This document shows, piece by piece, positions 13,880 to 26,239 of a DNA stretch of 64,000 bases. The notes beneath the pieces are model-generated. The model saw only the letters and a list, made by a program, of their open reading frames with translations, made no database searches and was not told the origin of the DNA. The translations under genes and the position numbers were made by a program. The stretch's first letter is position 1. Every line of letters begins with the position of its first letter. Source of the DNA: Eledone cirrhosa (lineage: Eukaryota); contig OZ024740.1 of the NCBI GenBank assembly GCA_964016885.1, forward strand, positions 57,412,001-57,476,000, read 5' to 3'.

Positions 13880-14046
13880 CAGTGACGGATTTACCATTGT
13901 GCTTAAGTGTGCTTAAGCACAGGACCCTGTTGGCCAGATGGGGCCCATCTTCCTGGCAAAAAAAATCTTTACCTCCTTCAGGGCGCAAGTAAGAGGCCTC
14001 ATAACTTAACAAGCACAGGGCCTCATTTGTCCTAAATCTAGCATTG
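13880..14046. mobile_element. hAT-type MITE
   Basis: Perfect 8-bp TSD GGTCAGAG; imperfect TIRs CAGTGACGGATTTA/TAAATCTAGCATTG. Confidence 0.8.
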
Positions 14047-15776
14047 GGTCAGAGTTAATTATGCTGCAAGCATTAAAACCAAGTTGTCTCCAGTTTGAAG
14101 ATATCAAGACATTCCTCTTTTTCTCTCACCAGTCACAGATGTTCTACTAAAAGGTAAAAGGTACTGGCTTTCCTCCTTTGGCTAAGCCTCCCCCCCCCCC
14201 AAAAGGTATCTTAACCAAACTACCTGAAAGCACACCTGGTTCTATGATACAAAATCGTTTATTTTAAAGTATTATTATTTGAATTTAAACCTTCCATCAT
14301 AAGTAAGAAAAAAATATTGAGTTATGTCTCAAACACCACAAAAAAATTATTTTACTAAACTCTCAAAAATTCCCGATTCCAAATATTTGAAAATCATAAG
14401 TAGCATCTTTCATGAGAAAGATGGTAATGAAAAGCAACAGCAATTTTTTCTGTCTCTGTTGTGATAAATATACTCAAATCATTTTGCTGCCATCAAATAG
14501 TAATTTTAACAATAAATTCTTTACCAAAATGAATAATTAAAGTAAAAGGTAAATGTATATTTCTCTTCCTACAATTTAATAAAATAGTTTTTTTTTTCTC
14601 TTTCAGAGTAGAAGCATTTGTTTTTTTCTCTTTCAGAGTAGAAGCATTTGTTTTTTTCTCCAAGTCCCATTACTAATCAACAGCCAAAGGCTGCTTATCG
14701 TAAAGAATGGAGACAATCACATTTCATCATCATCAATGTTTTTTCATCTATTTTCTATGTTTACATGCATTAGATAGGTTGCCATGGTCTGAGGCAAGAC
14801 AAGTCAGATGACTGCATCTTGTTCATATATGTTCTATTGAATTTCTGATTTAGAACGAGATCTACCACTTTCCTGTTGGAAAAAACTTGATTTGAGCTAT
14901 TGCACTATATTTTACATTTAACATTAAATAATTGTTTCTACTTTAGGCACAAGGCCAGCAATTACCCAGTGCATTACTGGTACTTTATTTTATCGACCCC
15001 GTAAGGATGAAAGGCAAAGTCAACCTCGGCGGGATTTGAACTCAGATTGTAAAGGGACGTAACTATGCTGGAAAGCATGGCGTCCGACCCAATACTGCCA
15101 ATCCACAACTTCCAACCTCAAAAGAAAAACAAAATAACTCAAGCAGTTTATTAATGGAGGAATTTGTAGTTTACTTGAAGCATTGTGTATGGTATATAGA
15201 ATTTGAAATTTGAAAGCCACGATGATGATGATGACAATGTGAAATGGACGGATAAAGAAGTTGAATGAAACAAGATATGTGTTTTTACCTTCGTTTATGT
15301 CCTGATATTTCGAGAATAAACTCTCTTCTTCTGAGGAAAATAAAAGGGACTAATCTAGTGTTGGAACACGCTATACCATCAAACACTGGATTAGTCCCTT
15401 TTATTTTCCTCAGAAGAGAGTTTAATCTCAAAATATTAGGACATATAAATAAACTAAGGTAAAAACATATATCTTGTTTCACTCGACTTCTTTATCTGTT
15501 GTGGCTTTCAAACTTCAAATTCTATAGTTTATTAATCCTTTTGATACCCATACAAGACTGTTTATTTTGAAGTATATATATATATATATATATATGCATC
15601 TAAAACCTCCCATAATAATAATTTTATGTAAGAAACTTTATGTTTCAAATACCAATTTAATAATGAGAAAATTAGTTACATTACTAAATTCTTCCAAATT
15701 TTTTATTTGTAACATGATTTAAGGCAGAGGCATTCATTAAAAATATGGTAACAAAAGAGTTAAATAGTGTAACCTT

Positions 15777-18700
15777 TGTGGGTATGGTGTGGCGTGCGGT
15801 GGCCGGAAGCGGGGGAGTGCTCGACCGGAAGGGTGCTTGGCCGGAAGGATGCTCGACCGCAAGGGCCAGCAGAGGGCCTCTCTCTAGTGGTGACCAGCAA
15901 ACGGTGTGGACGCGAGTTTTTGGCAGCTCCCGGTGTTAAGCAGTTGGACGCACGTGGAAGAGGAGTAACCTGCAGTGGAGTTTAGCGGCGCCTATGAAAA
16001 GCGGTAAGTGAGATAGCTTTTTCTAACCACAAGCTATTTTGGCGAATGGGGAAAAAAAAAAAAAAAAAAAAACACTTGCCGCAAGACAGATCAGAAGATT
16101 GCGACAAGACGGATGCATTCGCCGAGGGACCGTTGGCGGCTTTTGCTAAGCTGGCGAGAATCAGGTGGAATGGTGAGCGCGTCGACATTTTCGCAGCGGA
16201 AATACGGCGGTTGGCCATGTTGGCTGGTTATCAGGTGGAATGCGAACGCACGGTGCGGTGTGTCGTTTGGCGCCGCTGCATCGGTATGCGCTGTGAGTGC
16301 ACGTCATGAGAACCAGAAGGCCCACGAGGAGGAATACCCCACTTACACTGTGCAGGACAAAGACTTCAAGGCCCTGTTTGATGGGCAGCGATGGGTTGTT
16401 GAGTGGTACTGGAAGGGAGAACCACCAACACTGAAGACCAAAGTGGGCTGCTATCAACACACATTGAAGGGAAACGTTAGGAGCGAGTTCGAGCGAGAAG
16501 TAGAGAGATGGATCGAAGAGGGCATACTGCTTCCCTGGAAGGAGGAGGTGAAGTGCGGAGTATTGCCGTTAATGGTGGTGGTGCAACCCACGAAGAGCAA
16601 GGTGAGGCCGGTGCTGGACTATCGGGAGCTGAACGAGCACGTGTCATGCCACACGGATGTCTGTGGGGAAACCCTGCGTGAGTGGAGACGCATGACGGGG
16701 GGTTCAGCGATCGTAGATCTAAAGTCGGCTTACTTGCAGTTGCATACAGATGAGAAGCTCTGGCAGTATCAGCTGGTCAAATATAAGGGCCGGACATATT
16801 GCCTGACCAGGCTCGGTTTCGGGCTGAGCTCCGCACCGAAGATCATGGCAGCGGTCCTCAAGACCGCTCTGGGGAGGGCCGACAAGGTAAAGAGGGCTAC
16901 TAACTCCTATATTGACGACATCCTAGTGGACGAGTCGGTGGTGTCGGCGGCGGAGGTCACGAGCCATTTACGGAGGTATGGACTGACTGCGAAGCCGTCA
17001 GAAGCATTGGAGGGAGGAGCCGTGCTGGGACTTAGGCTACGGCGAGACAGGACGGGCGTTTTGGTATTCCAGAGGGGAAACGAAGTTCCGGAACTGGGCC
17101 CAAGTATGAGTAGGCGGGAGCTTTTCTCGGTGTGTGGAAAGCTGGTGGGTCACTACCCAATCGCTGGGTGGCTCCAGACGGCATGCAGCTATGTCAAGAG
17201 ACGAGCGGGAGGAGTAACTTGGAGTGACAGAGTGGGAGAGAGGACGGTGGCCATGATGCAGGAGATCGTGGGGAGGGTGAAGGCCGACGACCCAGTGCGG
17301 GGACGCTGGTATGTTCCCAAATCACAGAGCGGGACCGTATGGTGCGATGCCAGCAGCATAGCGCCGGGTGTCACGTTGGAGATAGGATGTGTTGAGGTCG
17401 AGGATGCAGCCTGGCTTAGAAAGAAGGACGACTGCAACCACATCAATGTGGCCGAGCTGGACGCGGTGTTGAGAGGGGTGAACCTCGCCCTGCGGTGGGG
17501 GCTGCGCACCATCGAGATACGCACCAACTCGGCTACTGTACTTGGATGGGTAAGATCAGTGCTCACCAGTGAGAAGAGAGTGCGAACGAGAGGCGCGGCG
17601 GAGATGCTGATAAAGCGCCGCCTGGGAACGTTAGGAGAGCTGGCCACCGAGTTCGACCTGAGGCTGAGCGTAGTTTTCGTGCCCTCAGAGAAAAATAGGG
17701 CGGACATCTTAACTAGAGTGAAGAAAGCCTGGATGGAAGCGCCGGAGGAGGTAGAGGATGAGATAGCTGCCGTGTGTCGGCTGACCGAGTCAGATCTGAA
17801 GGGGTTGCATGACATGCACCACATGGGGGTGGATAGGAGCCTGTTCCTAGCCAGGAGAATCGACTCGGACGTTAGCAGACACAGTGTTCAGGGGGTGGTT
17901 AGAGGCTGCGTCCGATGTCAGTCCATTGATCCCGCCCCGGGTGTACACGAAACGGGAAGCCTCTCGGTGGATCGCGACTGGAAGCGATTAGCGGTGGATG
18001 TGACGCACTACCGGCAGGGAACGTACCTCTCGATGGTCGACTGTGGACCAGGTCGAATGGCGATATGGAGGGAGATGAGGACTGGAACAGCCGAGGAAAT
18101 CGTGCGGACGTTGAGAGAGGTGTTCTTGGAGCGGGGCCCTGTGGACGAACTGCTGATAGACAACAGCGCAGCGTTCCGCTCGGAGGCACTGAGGGAGATG
18201 CTCGATGGATGGAAGGTGGACCGTTTCTTCAGAGTGGCGCACAGGCCGAGCGGGAATGGAATCGTGGAGCGACACCACCGGACGATCAAGGCAATGGCGG
18301 AGCGGGGCCATATCTCACCAATGGAGGCAGTGTTCTGGTACAATATGTCCCCTCGGGTTGGACAGGTCGAGGAATCGGTGCCACACAGAGCAGTATTCAA
18401 ATACGAGTGGCGGCACCCGTGCACGCCACCACAACGGCCAGTGGGGAGAGAGAGTGCATTCGTGCAGGTGGGCGAAGAAGTCTGGGTTAAGCCCCCAGAT
18501 GCAAGTTGCACATCTCAATGGGGAAGGGGAACGGTGACAGCCGTAAATTCAAAGAACAATGTGTCCGTGGACGGGGTACCACGTCATGTCCTGGATGTAA
18601 GAAGAATCACTGTGTCGACGGACTCCGAGGAAGAGGAAACCCAAGATGAGGTGGAAACCCAGAGCTCTGCCCCAATACTACGGAGATCGCAACGAAGTCG

Positions 18701-19032
18701 TAGACCACCAACCTGGACAGCAGACTTTCATATGCAGAGGGACGAGGGGGAAATTGATCCTTGAGATCAGGGGGGTGTGTGGGTATGGTGTGGCGTGCGG
18801 TGGCCAGAAGCGGGGGAGTGCTCGACCGGAAGGGTGCTTGGCCGGAAGGATGCTCGACCGCAAGGGCCAGCAGAGGGCCTCTCTCTAGTGGTGACCAGCA
18901 AACGGTGTGGACGCGAGTTTTTGGCAGCTCCCGGTGTTAAGCAGTTGGACGCACGTGGAAGAGGAGTAACCTGCAGTGGAGTTTAGCGGCGCCTATGAAA
19001 AGCGGTAAGTGAGATAGCTTTTTCTAACCACA
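15777..19032 (+). mobile_element. Gypsy-type LTR retrotransposon, young, internally deleted
   Basis: 255-bp LTRs (15777-16031, 18778-19032) with TG...CA ends and one visible mismatch; 5-bp TSD ACCTT; polypurine tract before the 3' LTR; GC-rich relative to flanks. Confidence 0.96.
16113..18764 (+). CDS. Pol ORF: RT (VLDYR, DLKSAY, LGFGL, YIDD), RNase H (WCDAS, INVAEL), integrase (H..HH...C..C, D..D..E); real pol begins near 16306
   Basis: Domain order RT-RH-IN; no protease motif seen. Confidence 0.9.
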   Translation: MHSPRDRWRLLLSWRESGGMVSASTFSQRKYGGWPCWLVIRWNANARCGVSFGAAASVCAVSARHENQKAHEEEYPTYTVQDKDFKALFDGQRWVVEWYWKGEPPTLKTKVGCYQHTLKGNVRSEFEREVERWIEEGILLPWKEEVKCGVLPLMVVVQPTKSKVRPVLDYRELNEHVSCHTDVCGETLREWRRMTGGSAIVDLKSAYLQLHTDEKLWQYQLVKYKGRTYCLTRLGFGLSSAPKIMAAVLKTALGRADKVKRATNSYIDDILVDESVVSAAEVTSHLRRYGLTAKPSEALEGGAVLGLRLRRDRTGVLVFQRGNEVPELGPSMSRRELFSVCGKLVGHYPIAGWLQTACSYVKRRAGGVTWSDRVGERTVAMMQEIVGRVKADDPVRGRWYVPKSQSGTVWCDASSIAPGVTLEIGCVEVEDAAWLRKKDDCNHINVAELDAVLRGVNLALRWGLRTIEIRTNSATVLGWVRSVLTSEKRVRTRGAAEMLIKRRLGTLGELATEFDLRLSVVFVPSEKNRADILTRVKKAWMEAPEEVEDEIAAVCRLTESDLKGLHDMHHMGVDRSLFLARRIDSDVSRHSVQGVVRGCVRCQSIDPAPGVHETGSLSVDRDWKRLAVDVTHYRQGTYLSMVDCGPGRMAIWREMRTGTAEEIVRTLREVFLERGPVDELLIDNSAAFRSEALREMLDGWKVDRFFRVAHRPSGNGIVERHHRTIKAMAERGHISPMEAVFWYNMSPRVGQVEESVPHRAVFKYEWRHPCTPPQRPVGRESAFVQVGEEVWVKPPDASCTSQWGRGTVTAVNSKNNVSVDGVPRHVLDVRRITVSTDSEEEETQDEVETQSSAPILRRSQRSRRPPTWTADFHMQRDEGEIDP

Positions 19033-19674
19033 ACCTTAAGCATTTAAACCAGTCGTATCCGTCCAGAATTGTCTCACCGCTTTCTGTTCAAACCAGCTGT
19101 AACTGGCCACTCATCCTGATGTTAATGTATTGTTCTCAAAACAAATAATATCAAAATCTCTTAGATTCGATATTAGGTGAGATAAAGCCTTTACCGTGAA
19201 AATACAATAGTAAATATAGAGTAATGCAAATGCTAAAGGGTTATTGGCAGTATCTTATTCTGCTAAGTATAAGAAAATAATTTTGAAAAATACTTTTTAA
19301 AAATGTAAGCACCATGTTTATTAATATAATTTATTAAGTGGCCAAATTTTTGGAATGTTAAAATATATATAAAAATAACAGTATTTGAGTAAAAATAAAA
19401 GAAAACTGTGTTGCTGATTTTTGTAGATGATTATAAAAAAAAATAAAATTTAACACAGGCACGAGGCAACAAATGTTGCAGGGTATGCTCATTATGTAAC
19501 CTGAATTATATAACTAGTATGGTACTAATAGGATTTCAGTTTGGATTGTAAAAGACATAGATAAATACAATATGGTATTTTATCTACCAATTTAGCAATT
19601 CTGCCCATTTCAGAAAATTCATTCAGTCGTTCAGTATATTCTTTTCAGTGGAGAGATTTACAATGATTTTCACT

Positions 19675-19779
19675 TTAGTATATTTTCAGTTTCCTCCTCT
19701 CCAAAAGCCACAATAAAGCTGAAAACAAAGCAACTACTGCAACGGTTGAGATTAAATAGATATCCATAGGGAAAACGCC
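19675..19779 (-). CDS. ATRAID: ATRAID exon 7, TM helix plus basic tail (GVFPMDIYLISTVAVVALFSALLWLLERRKLKIY*)
   Basis: ttgcAG acceptor in phase 0, TM segment, LLWxxxRRK tail, TAA stop; candidate AATAAA at 19318-19323 (minus). Confidence 0.93.
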   Translation of the reverse strand, partial: GVFPMDIYLISTVAVVALFSALLWLLERRKLKIY

Positions 19780-20641
19780 CTGCAATAGAAAACAAAGATA
19801 AATACATAAATTTAACTTGTATAAAATTAAAGTACAACTTTAATAAAAAAAATAATGTTAAACACATTATGATTTTACCCTTTGTGTGATGATATTTCTG
19901 AGTAAACTGCCTATGTGTTTCAATTAATTTACAATATAATCTACATTTTGAAGGGTTTTAGTAAAATATTTCTAGCTTTCATGATCATCATCATCACTTT
20001 TTTACCTATTTTTCCATGCTGGCTTGGGTTGGACAAAACTTCTTAAAGTAGATTTCTACATCAGGATGCCCTTTATGTCATCAACCCTCACTATTTTTTT
20101 TTTAACAAGATATGAATCTTTGCATGCATAACTACTGAGCAGCAGAAAGTATGTTGACAGAATATAAACAAATATCATCACTTACAATGCTGAATGCAAA
20201 GAAAAGAACAAACACAAAGAAACACACACACTCATGATTAGCTGGCTTAGCCTTTAGGATGTGGAATTTTTTTATGAATTGCTTCCCTTGGCACTGCATT
20301 ATGGATTAAGGGGAGATTACTCTCTTGTTGCAATTTGTCACCGACTGTGTTGAAGGTTATTTTCCATCTAACAAATCAATCACAAGACATTGATTGGCCA
20401 AAGCTATAGTAGGAGATACTCAGTCAAGGCACCATACAGTGGGATTAAAACAATGACCCTGTGGTTGCAATGCATTTTACCTCTGGTAAAAAAAGATTCC
20501 CCACTTTTGATAACAGAAGCTCCTTTGATGCTTTGTATATTAACATGAGGATATCCTAGATACCGTGAATAACCCAGTGAACTGTTAACACACCACTGAC
20601 AATTTTGTTTACATTCAGTATATTTAGCTACACTAGTTTAA

Positions 20642-22028
20642 CCCTTTTGATAACAAACCATAAACGAGAAAACCCAAATCCTCCACTCACATTATGCTAA
20701 ACCCATGGCCTCCAAATACCTAATACACAAAAACTCAGTGATCTCCAATAGTGCTAAGTTTAATATCCTGATCGCAGACTTTGTAAGAGTGATGAAAAAT
20801 GTGTCCTGCATGTGCGATCCAACTGAACTAGAAAGACACGTACAACACTTTATCAATCTCATGCAGTTTTCTGGCTACAGCCAAAGAGACAGGATCAGCA
20901 TGTATAAAGTGACCACGGAGAAATACAAGACCATCATAGTGATAGACATGAAAGCCCACTGTACAGGAGCAAATCATTGAATAGCATACATAGGACTGGG
21001 CAAAAGATACGGAAAGCCAAATCATGGTGTGACAACCAGAGATACTAAAGTGTCAAGTTCATGGATGCAACCCCTGGAGGTGAACTAGCTAACCACTTTA
21101 CAAAGGCCCTAAGAAAAACCTATTTAAAAATTAAAGTGGTAGAAAAGTGAGGAACTACCATAAAATCCCTGATCAGTAAAATTACCCCCTTAAGAAAACC
21201 CTCTGTACAAATAAAAAATGTGTAATATGTAGAGTAAGTCCACAAATAAATTGTAAAACTAGAAATGTAGTCTATAGCATAAGATGCACAGAGGGTGCCT
21301 GCAGAAACTTGACAATGACATACATAAGAGAGACATCGAAGTTATGGTGGGGGGTCTACCTCTTATTGGTCTACTGCGGCAGAAGCTGCTAAGGTCATAA
21401 TTGTCTAGTTATTCTCTAATATTCTCTAACAAACACACAATAGTAATCTAAGATAAATATAAATAAATATACACAGATACAATAACAACACACACATATA
21501 AACACACACTAGTGACCAAAGGAAGAATATAAACAAACACACACACACAAACACATGCGCAGAAACAACAATAAATAAATAAATATATAAAAATAGAATA
21601 AGAATACAACGGGAGGAAACATAGAAATACAGATGATGTCACAGTTGTGTGACGAAAGAACTCTGAGAAACTATATTTATATTTTTAACTGTTGGTCAAT
21701 CAATGATAGACATTGATTGCCAGCTAAATTATTTATAGAAATATAAAGATACACTGAAGTGAAAATCAAACCAATCTGTGAGTGTGTTTTACTATATTTT
21801 TCTGGCAATATTAGAACAACAAGACACTACCCTTCTATGATACAAAGCTGTTTGACTTAAAGTGTTAATATTTAAATAAAAACCTTCTATCATAATTTTC
21901 TTAAGTTATACACAAAACACCAGCTTGATACTGATATATTACTAAATCCCTTTGAATTCTTGATTATTTTTTAAATGATTTGAAAATCACAGGCACTGTG
22001 TTTCAATAGAAATACAGTAACAAAAGGG
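20642..22028. mobile_element. piggyBac-type MITE (TTAA-CCCTTTTG...CAAAAGGG-TTAA) split by the Penelope-like insertion; related uninterrupted copy at ~15536-15759
   Basis: TTAA at 20638-20641 and 22029-22032, matching TIRs. Confidence 0.7.
20660..21670 (+). mobile_element. Penelope-like element 3' part (RT thumb plus GIY-YIG) with downstream hammerhead-like motif, nested in a piggyBac-type MITE
   Basis: KPMASKYLIHKNS...SGYS thumb region; C..C....NCKTRNVVYSIRC...TYI.ETS (21219-21340); hammerhead-like motif at 21630-21663. Confidence 0.8.
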
Positions 22029-24267
22029 TTAACAGACCTCAACAACATCACAACTCAAGAAAGTTCAGTGAAATCTATGATTTGCTGATAAGGTCAAATT
22101 ATGATGACTACATGCCCAGAAATGCCACTTCATTATCATCATCATCATTGTTTAACGTCTATCTTCCACGCTAGCATGGGTTATTTGGAAGTTGTCCCAC
22201 TTGAGGCAAGATTGGTCGGGTAACCGTGTCTCGCTCGTATAGGACTATCTGGCAGATTTTCTACGGCAGGATGCCCTTCCTAACACCAACCACATTTACA
22301 GTGTGGACTGGTAGCCTTTTTACCATGTTACCTACACGGCCACATTACAGCGTGTGATTTTTTGTTGTGACACCTACACGATCTCATTAGTTTGGACTGG
22401 ATGTTGTGGTACCAACATAACTTTATAGACAAAGGGCGGTGTTGGTGGGAGTGGGAGGATGAAGTAGGGGTAGTGGGTTGGGATATGTTTGGTTTGGAGG
22501 GGCCTACTAACTGTAGGTTAACTTTGCACGTAGGGAAGGTGGGTCTTCTGTAATACTGCGTGGCGCCAAAGATCTCGATCCAGTGACATTGTACTTACTA
22601 AAATAATTGTTCCTACTTCTGGCACAAGACCAGTAATTATCCCAGTGTATTACTTGTACTTTATTTTATCAACCCTGTAAGGATGAAAGGCAAAGTTAAC
22701 CTCGGCAGGATTTGAACTCAGACCATAAAGGGCCGTAACTTTTTGCTGCAAAGCATGGCGTCTGAACCTCTACCAATACTGCTAAATGAAGACATTAGTC
22801 AATGATTAATATTGTATTTTTCCTCATGTCAATTATTTCTGGTTAGTTTTTCAATGTTTACTGCATTAAGCATGTTAACACTAACTTAGCTATTGCTGAT
22901 TAATGACTGACAGAAATTGCCTAGAGACCCCCATCTGCATGGAAAACAATAATCAAGTCAAGATCGAGGCACTTAATGTAGCAAGCAAGAAACATAGTTT
23001 AATAAACTCTCTGCTTGCATTGAAAAGTAAACACTGCATCATTACTCAAATCTAATCAATGCAGATAAGGGGTAACAACTCCATAATCTCAAGTAATTGT
23101 TATAGCTCTCTCAGCTTTGAGTTCAAATTTTGCCACAGTCAACTTTTCTTTTCATTTTTGTAGGGTCAACAAAAAATAAAGTAGCAATCTAGGGAGGTGG
23201 GTTAGTGGAATTGTTAGAGCATCAGTATTTGTTGTGGCTCCTTGCATTCTGAGTTGTGAACTTGGATGGTAGACTTAGTATGTTGCCTGGTTTAACACAA
23301 CCTCATAGCCTTTAGGTGTTTTCAGCACAGTTCATTCTGTTGCAAACTTTCAGATCTGGTCTACCATTTGTGAATACCTGCATCCTTCCACTTAGTAATC
23401 TAAAATCTCAATTACATTTAGAACCACATTTTCAAAAAACAAAAGTGAAGACATGAGTAGCTGGGGTAATATGAATCTCATCTCTGGCAAGCACAGTGAC
23501 AATTCCAGCTAAGTTTTGACTTAATTAGACATAAGCAAAACATAATCTATATCATACATGCCAGATATGCAATAATACTATCTAATTGAGGTACAAGGTC
23601 AGCAATTTGGAGAAAGGTGAAAGTCGATTATATCCAGTACAACACTTGATTGATACTTGATTTTAGCAACCCCCAGAAGAATATAAAGAGCAAACACCGC
23701 TAAAACATTTTTTTAAATGCTTTAACAATTCTGCCAATCCACCACCTTTGTCAGATTTGTAATAATAGAATTACTTTATATGCATGCACAATAACACATG
23801 TGTTAACATGGGAAATTACCTTCTTTAATTGTGATGTTACTGTGCTTGTTAAAGACCAAATTAATTTAATATTATCATGTATATTAATATTATCATTTGT
23901 GCCAACACTCTTCGTCCTTCACTCGTCATAATTTAATGTTTACTTTCCCTGCCAGCAAAGATTGGACAGGTCATCACAGATCAAATCAGTACTTAATCAA
24001 AGCCACTGATCTCACATTCTACAGAGCACCATGTATTTTATCATGGAACCAGTAGATTGTTGTACCTTTAGCACAACTAAAGAGTCCTCTGTACCTGTGT
24101 TTGGCAAGTTTCCTATGGGTGGAAACCATTCCTATCAACAACCACTTTTCATTGAGTACTGCATGAGATTTATCGTGTCATCAACACTAACGAGGTTGTT
24201 GTACCCTATACACACGAGTTCTCTCATCCCTTCATCCCACCCCTTTTTTTGGCATAATTCAAATTTC

Positions 24268-25560
24268 GATTAAGATTTGGAAGCACAGCCTAGAATCAAA
24301 AGGCCTTAAAATTAACCTGGCTAAGACTAAAGTTCTAGTTTGTAAGAAAGAAAATAAGGCGGCGGTCCCTTCCGGGAAGTGGCCATGCTCAGTGTGTAGG
24401 AAAGGCGTAGGTAGAAACTCCATTTTGTGTCCCAAATGCAAAGTATGGGTGCATAAAAGATGTAGTGGGATCACAGGTAGGCTAACTAAGAACATAGATT
24501 TTACATGTGGCCGGTGCTCTGGTGCAATGAGTAGCAGCAAGTGCCCACAAAATACTAGCACTTTCAACTGCGCAGAGGGTCCTATAGAAATAGTGAACAG
24601 CTTCCGTTACCTGGGTGACAAAATCAGCAGTGGGGGAGGGTGCTCTGAAAGTACAGTAGCTAGAGTCAGAACTGGATGGAAAAAGTTCAGAGAGCTTATA
24701 CCACTATTAGCCGCTAAAGGGTTCTCCCTAAAAATGAAAGGCAGGTTGTATGATGCCTGCATACGAACAGCAATGTTGCATGGCAGTGAGACCTGGGCAT
24801 TGTGTGCAGAGGATATACGCAGACTAGAGAGGAACGAAGCTTGCATGCTCCGCTGGATGTGTAATAGTAATATACGTGAACGGCAAAGCATAAACGAACT
24901 AAGGAAAAAATTAGAAATAAGAGGGATCAGATGTTGTTTACTCGAGAGAAGGCTACGTTGGTATGGTCACGTGATGCGCATGAAAGACGATAGCTGTATA
25001 ACAAAGTGCAGGACAATAAAGATAGACGGTAGCCACGGAGTAGGCAGACCCAGAAAAACCTGGGACGAGCTGATAAATTCCAACCTCACACACTTACACC
25101 TCTCCAAGACAATGTCACTGGACCGAGACCTTTGGCGGTACTCAGTAATAGAGAAGACCCGCCTTACCTAAATACAAAGTAAAACCTACTACAATCAGTA
25201 GGCATCTCTAACAAAATACACCCCCCGTCCCACCACCCCCATCCCATCCACACCGCCCCTTTCAATGTAAAGTTATGTTGGTGCCACAACATCCAGGCCG
25301 AAACAAATGAGATCGTGTAGGTGTCACAACAAAAAAACACACAGTCCACGCTGTAATGTGGCCGTGTAGGCAACACGGTAAAAACCTCCCAGCCCCACAC
25401 TGTAAATGTGGTTGGTATTAGGAAGGGCATCCAGCTGTAGAAAACCCGCCAGACAGTCCTATGCGAGCAAGACAATCACTCTTGCCTCAAGTGGGAAAAC
25501 CCCCGTCCAAACCCATGCAAGCGTGGAACACGGACGTTAAACGTTGATGATGATGATGAT
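24268..25560 (+). mobile_element. RTE LINE 3' part, different subfamily, (GAT)n tail
   Basis: ORF 24392-25171 homologous to the RT C-terminus; 3' UTR ending in (gat)n. Confidence 0.92.
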
Positions 25561-26053
25561 TTGTATTGTATTATTAATATACATATATATGAGGGCAGTG
25601 GATTGGCAGTATCGGTAGAGCGTCAGACATGTTTGTGGCATAGGGTTATGTCCCTTTATGTTCTGATTTCAAACCCCACCATGATTAGCTTTGTCCTTCA
25701 TCCTTCCAGGGTCAATAACATAAAGTACCAGTAATGCATTGGGTAGATTTAATCGACTCTCATCTCCCCCCTAAATTGTTGGCCTTATGCCTAAATCAGA
25801 AACAATTATTTGAGATACAGTTGTCTCCCATTACTTGCTTTGATTAGATTTAAGCATCTGCCCCCCAAAAAATTTGCCCCTGCTTAATAAATACAGTAAG
25901 AAACTTGGTTAAATAATTTTTTATTACTGGCTACAGTAAATGTATTAACTCTTTCATTACTATCTAAACTATAATAAAGTAAGGAGTGCAGGACTGTGTG
26001 CAGTTTATTTCTTTTAATCCAGTTAGTAAAATAAGTTGGATTACTTTGAATAA

Positions 26054-26239
26054 ATAATTGTTTCTACTTTTGGCACAAGGCCAGCAATTACCCAGTGCAT
26101 TACAGGTACTTTATTTTATCGAGCCCGTAAGGATGAAAGGCAAAGTTAACCTCGGCGGGATTTGAACTCAGAATGGCAAGGGCCGTAACTCTATGCGTCA
26201 AAGCATGGCGTCCGACCCTCTACCGATACTGCCAATCCA
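26054..26239 (-). mobile_element. tRNA-head SINE family A, representative copy; others at ~5799, 8973, 9212, 12410, 14929, 22604, 25592, 35758, 46127, 47825, 49558, 50147, 54764, 55371, 55612, 55866
   Basis: A-box-like TGGCAGTATCGG, B-box GAGTTCAAATCC, conserved GCCTTTCATCCTTACGGGGTCGATAAAATAAAGTACCAG core. Confidence 0.9.

Noticed and set aside
14588-14660. Tandem duplication containing a tttcAG acceptor-like site
   Set aside because: No open exon or donor follows; local slippage duplication (similar at 60488-60546).
19670-19867. Track ORF ...GRFPYGYLFNLNRC... as the ATRAID terminal exon frame
   Set aside because: Splice phase and homology select the other frame (GVFPMDIY...RRKLKIY*).
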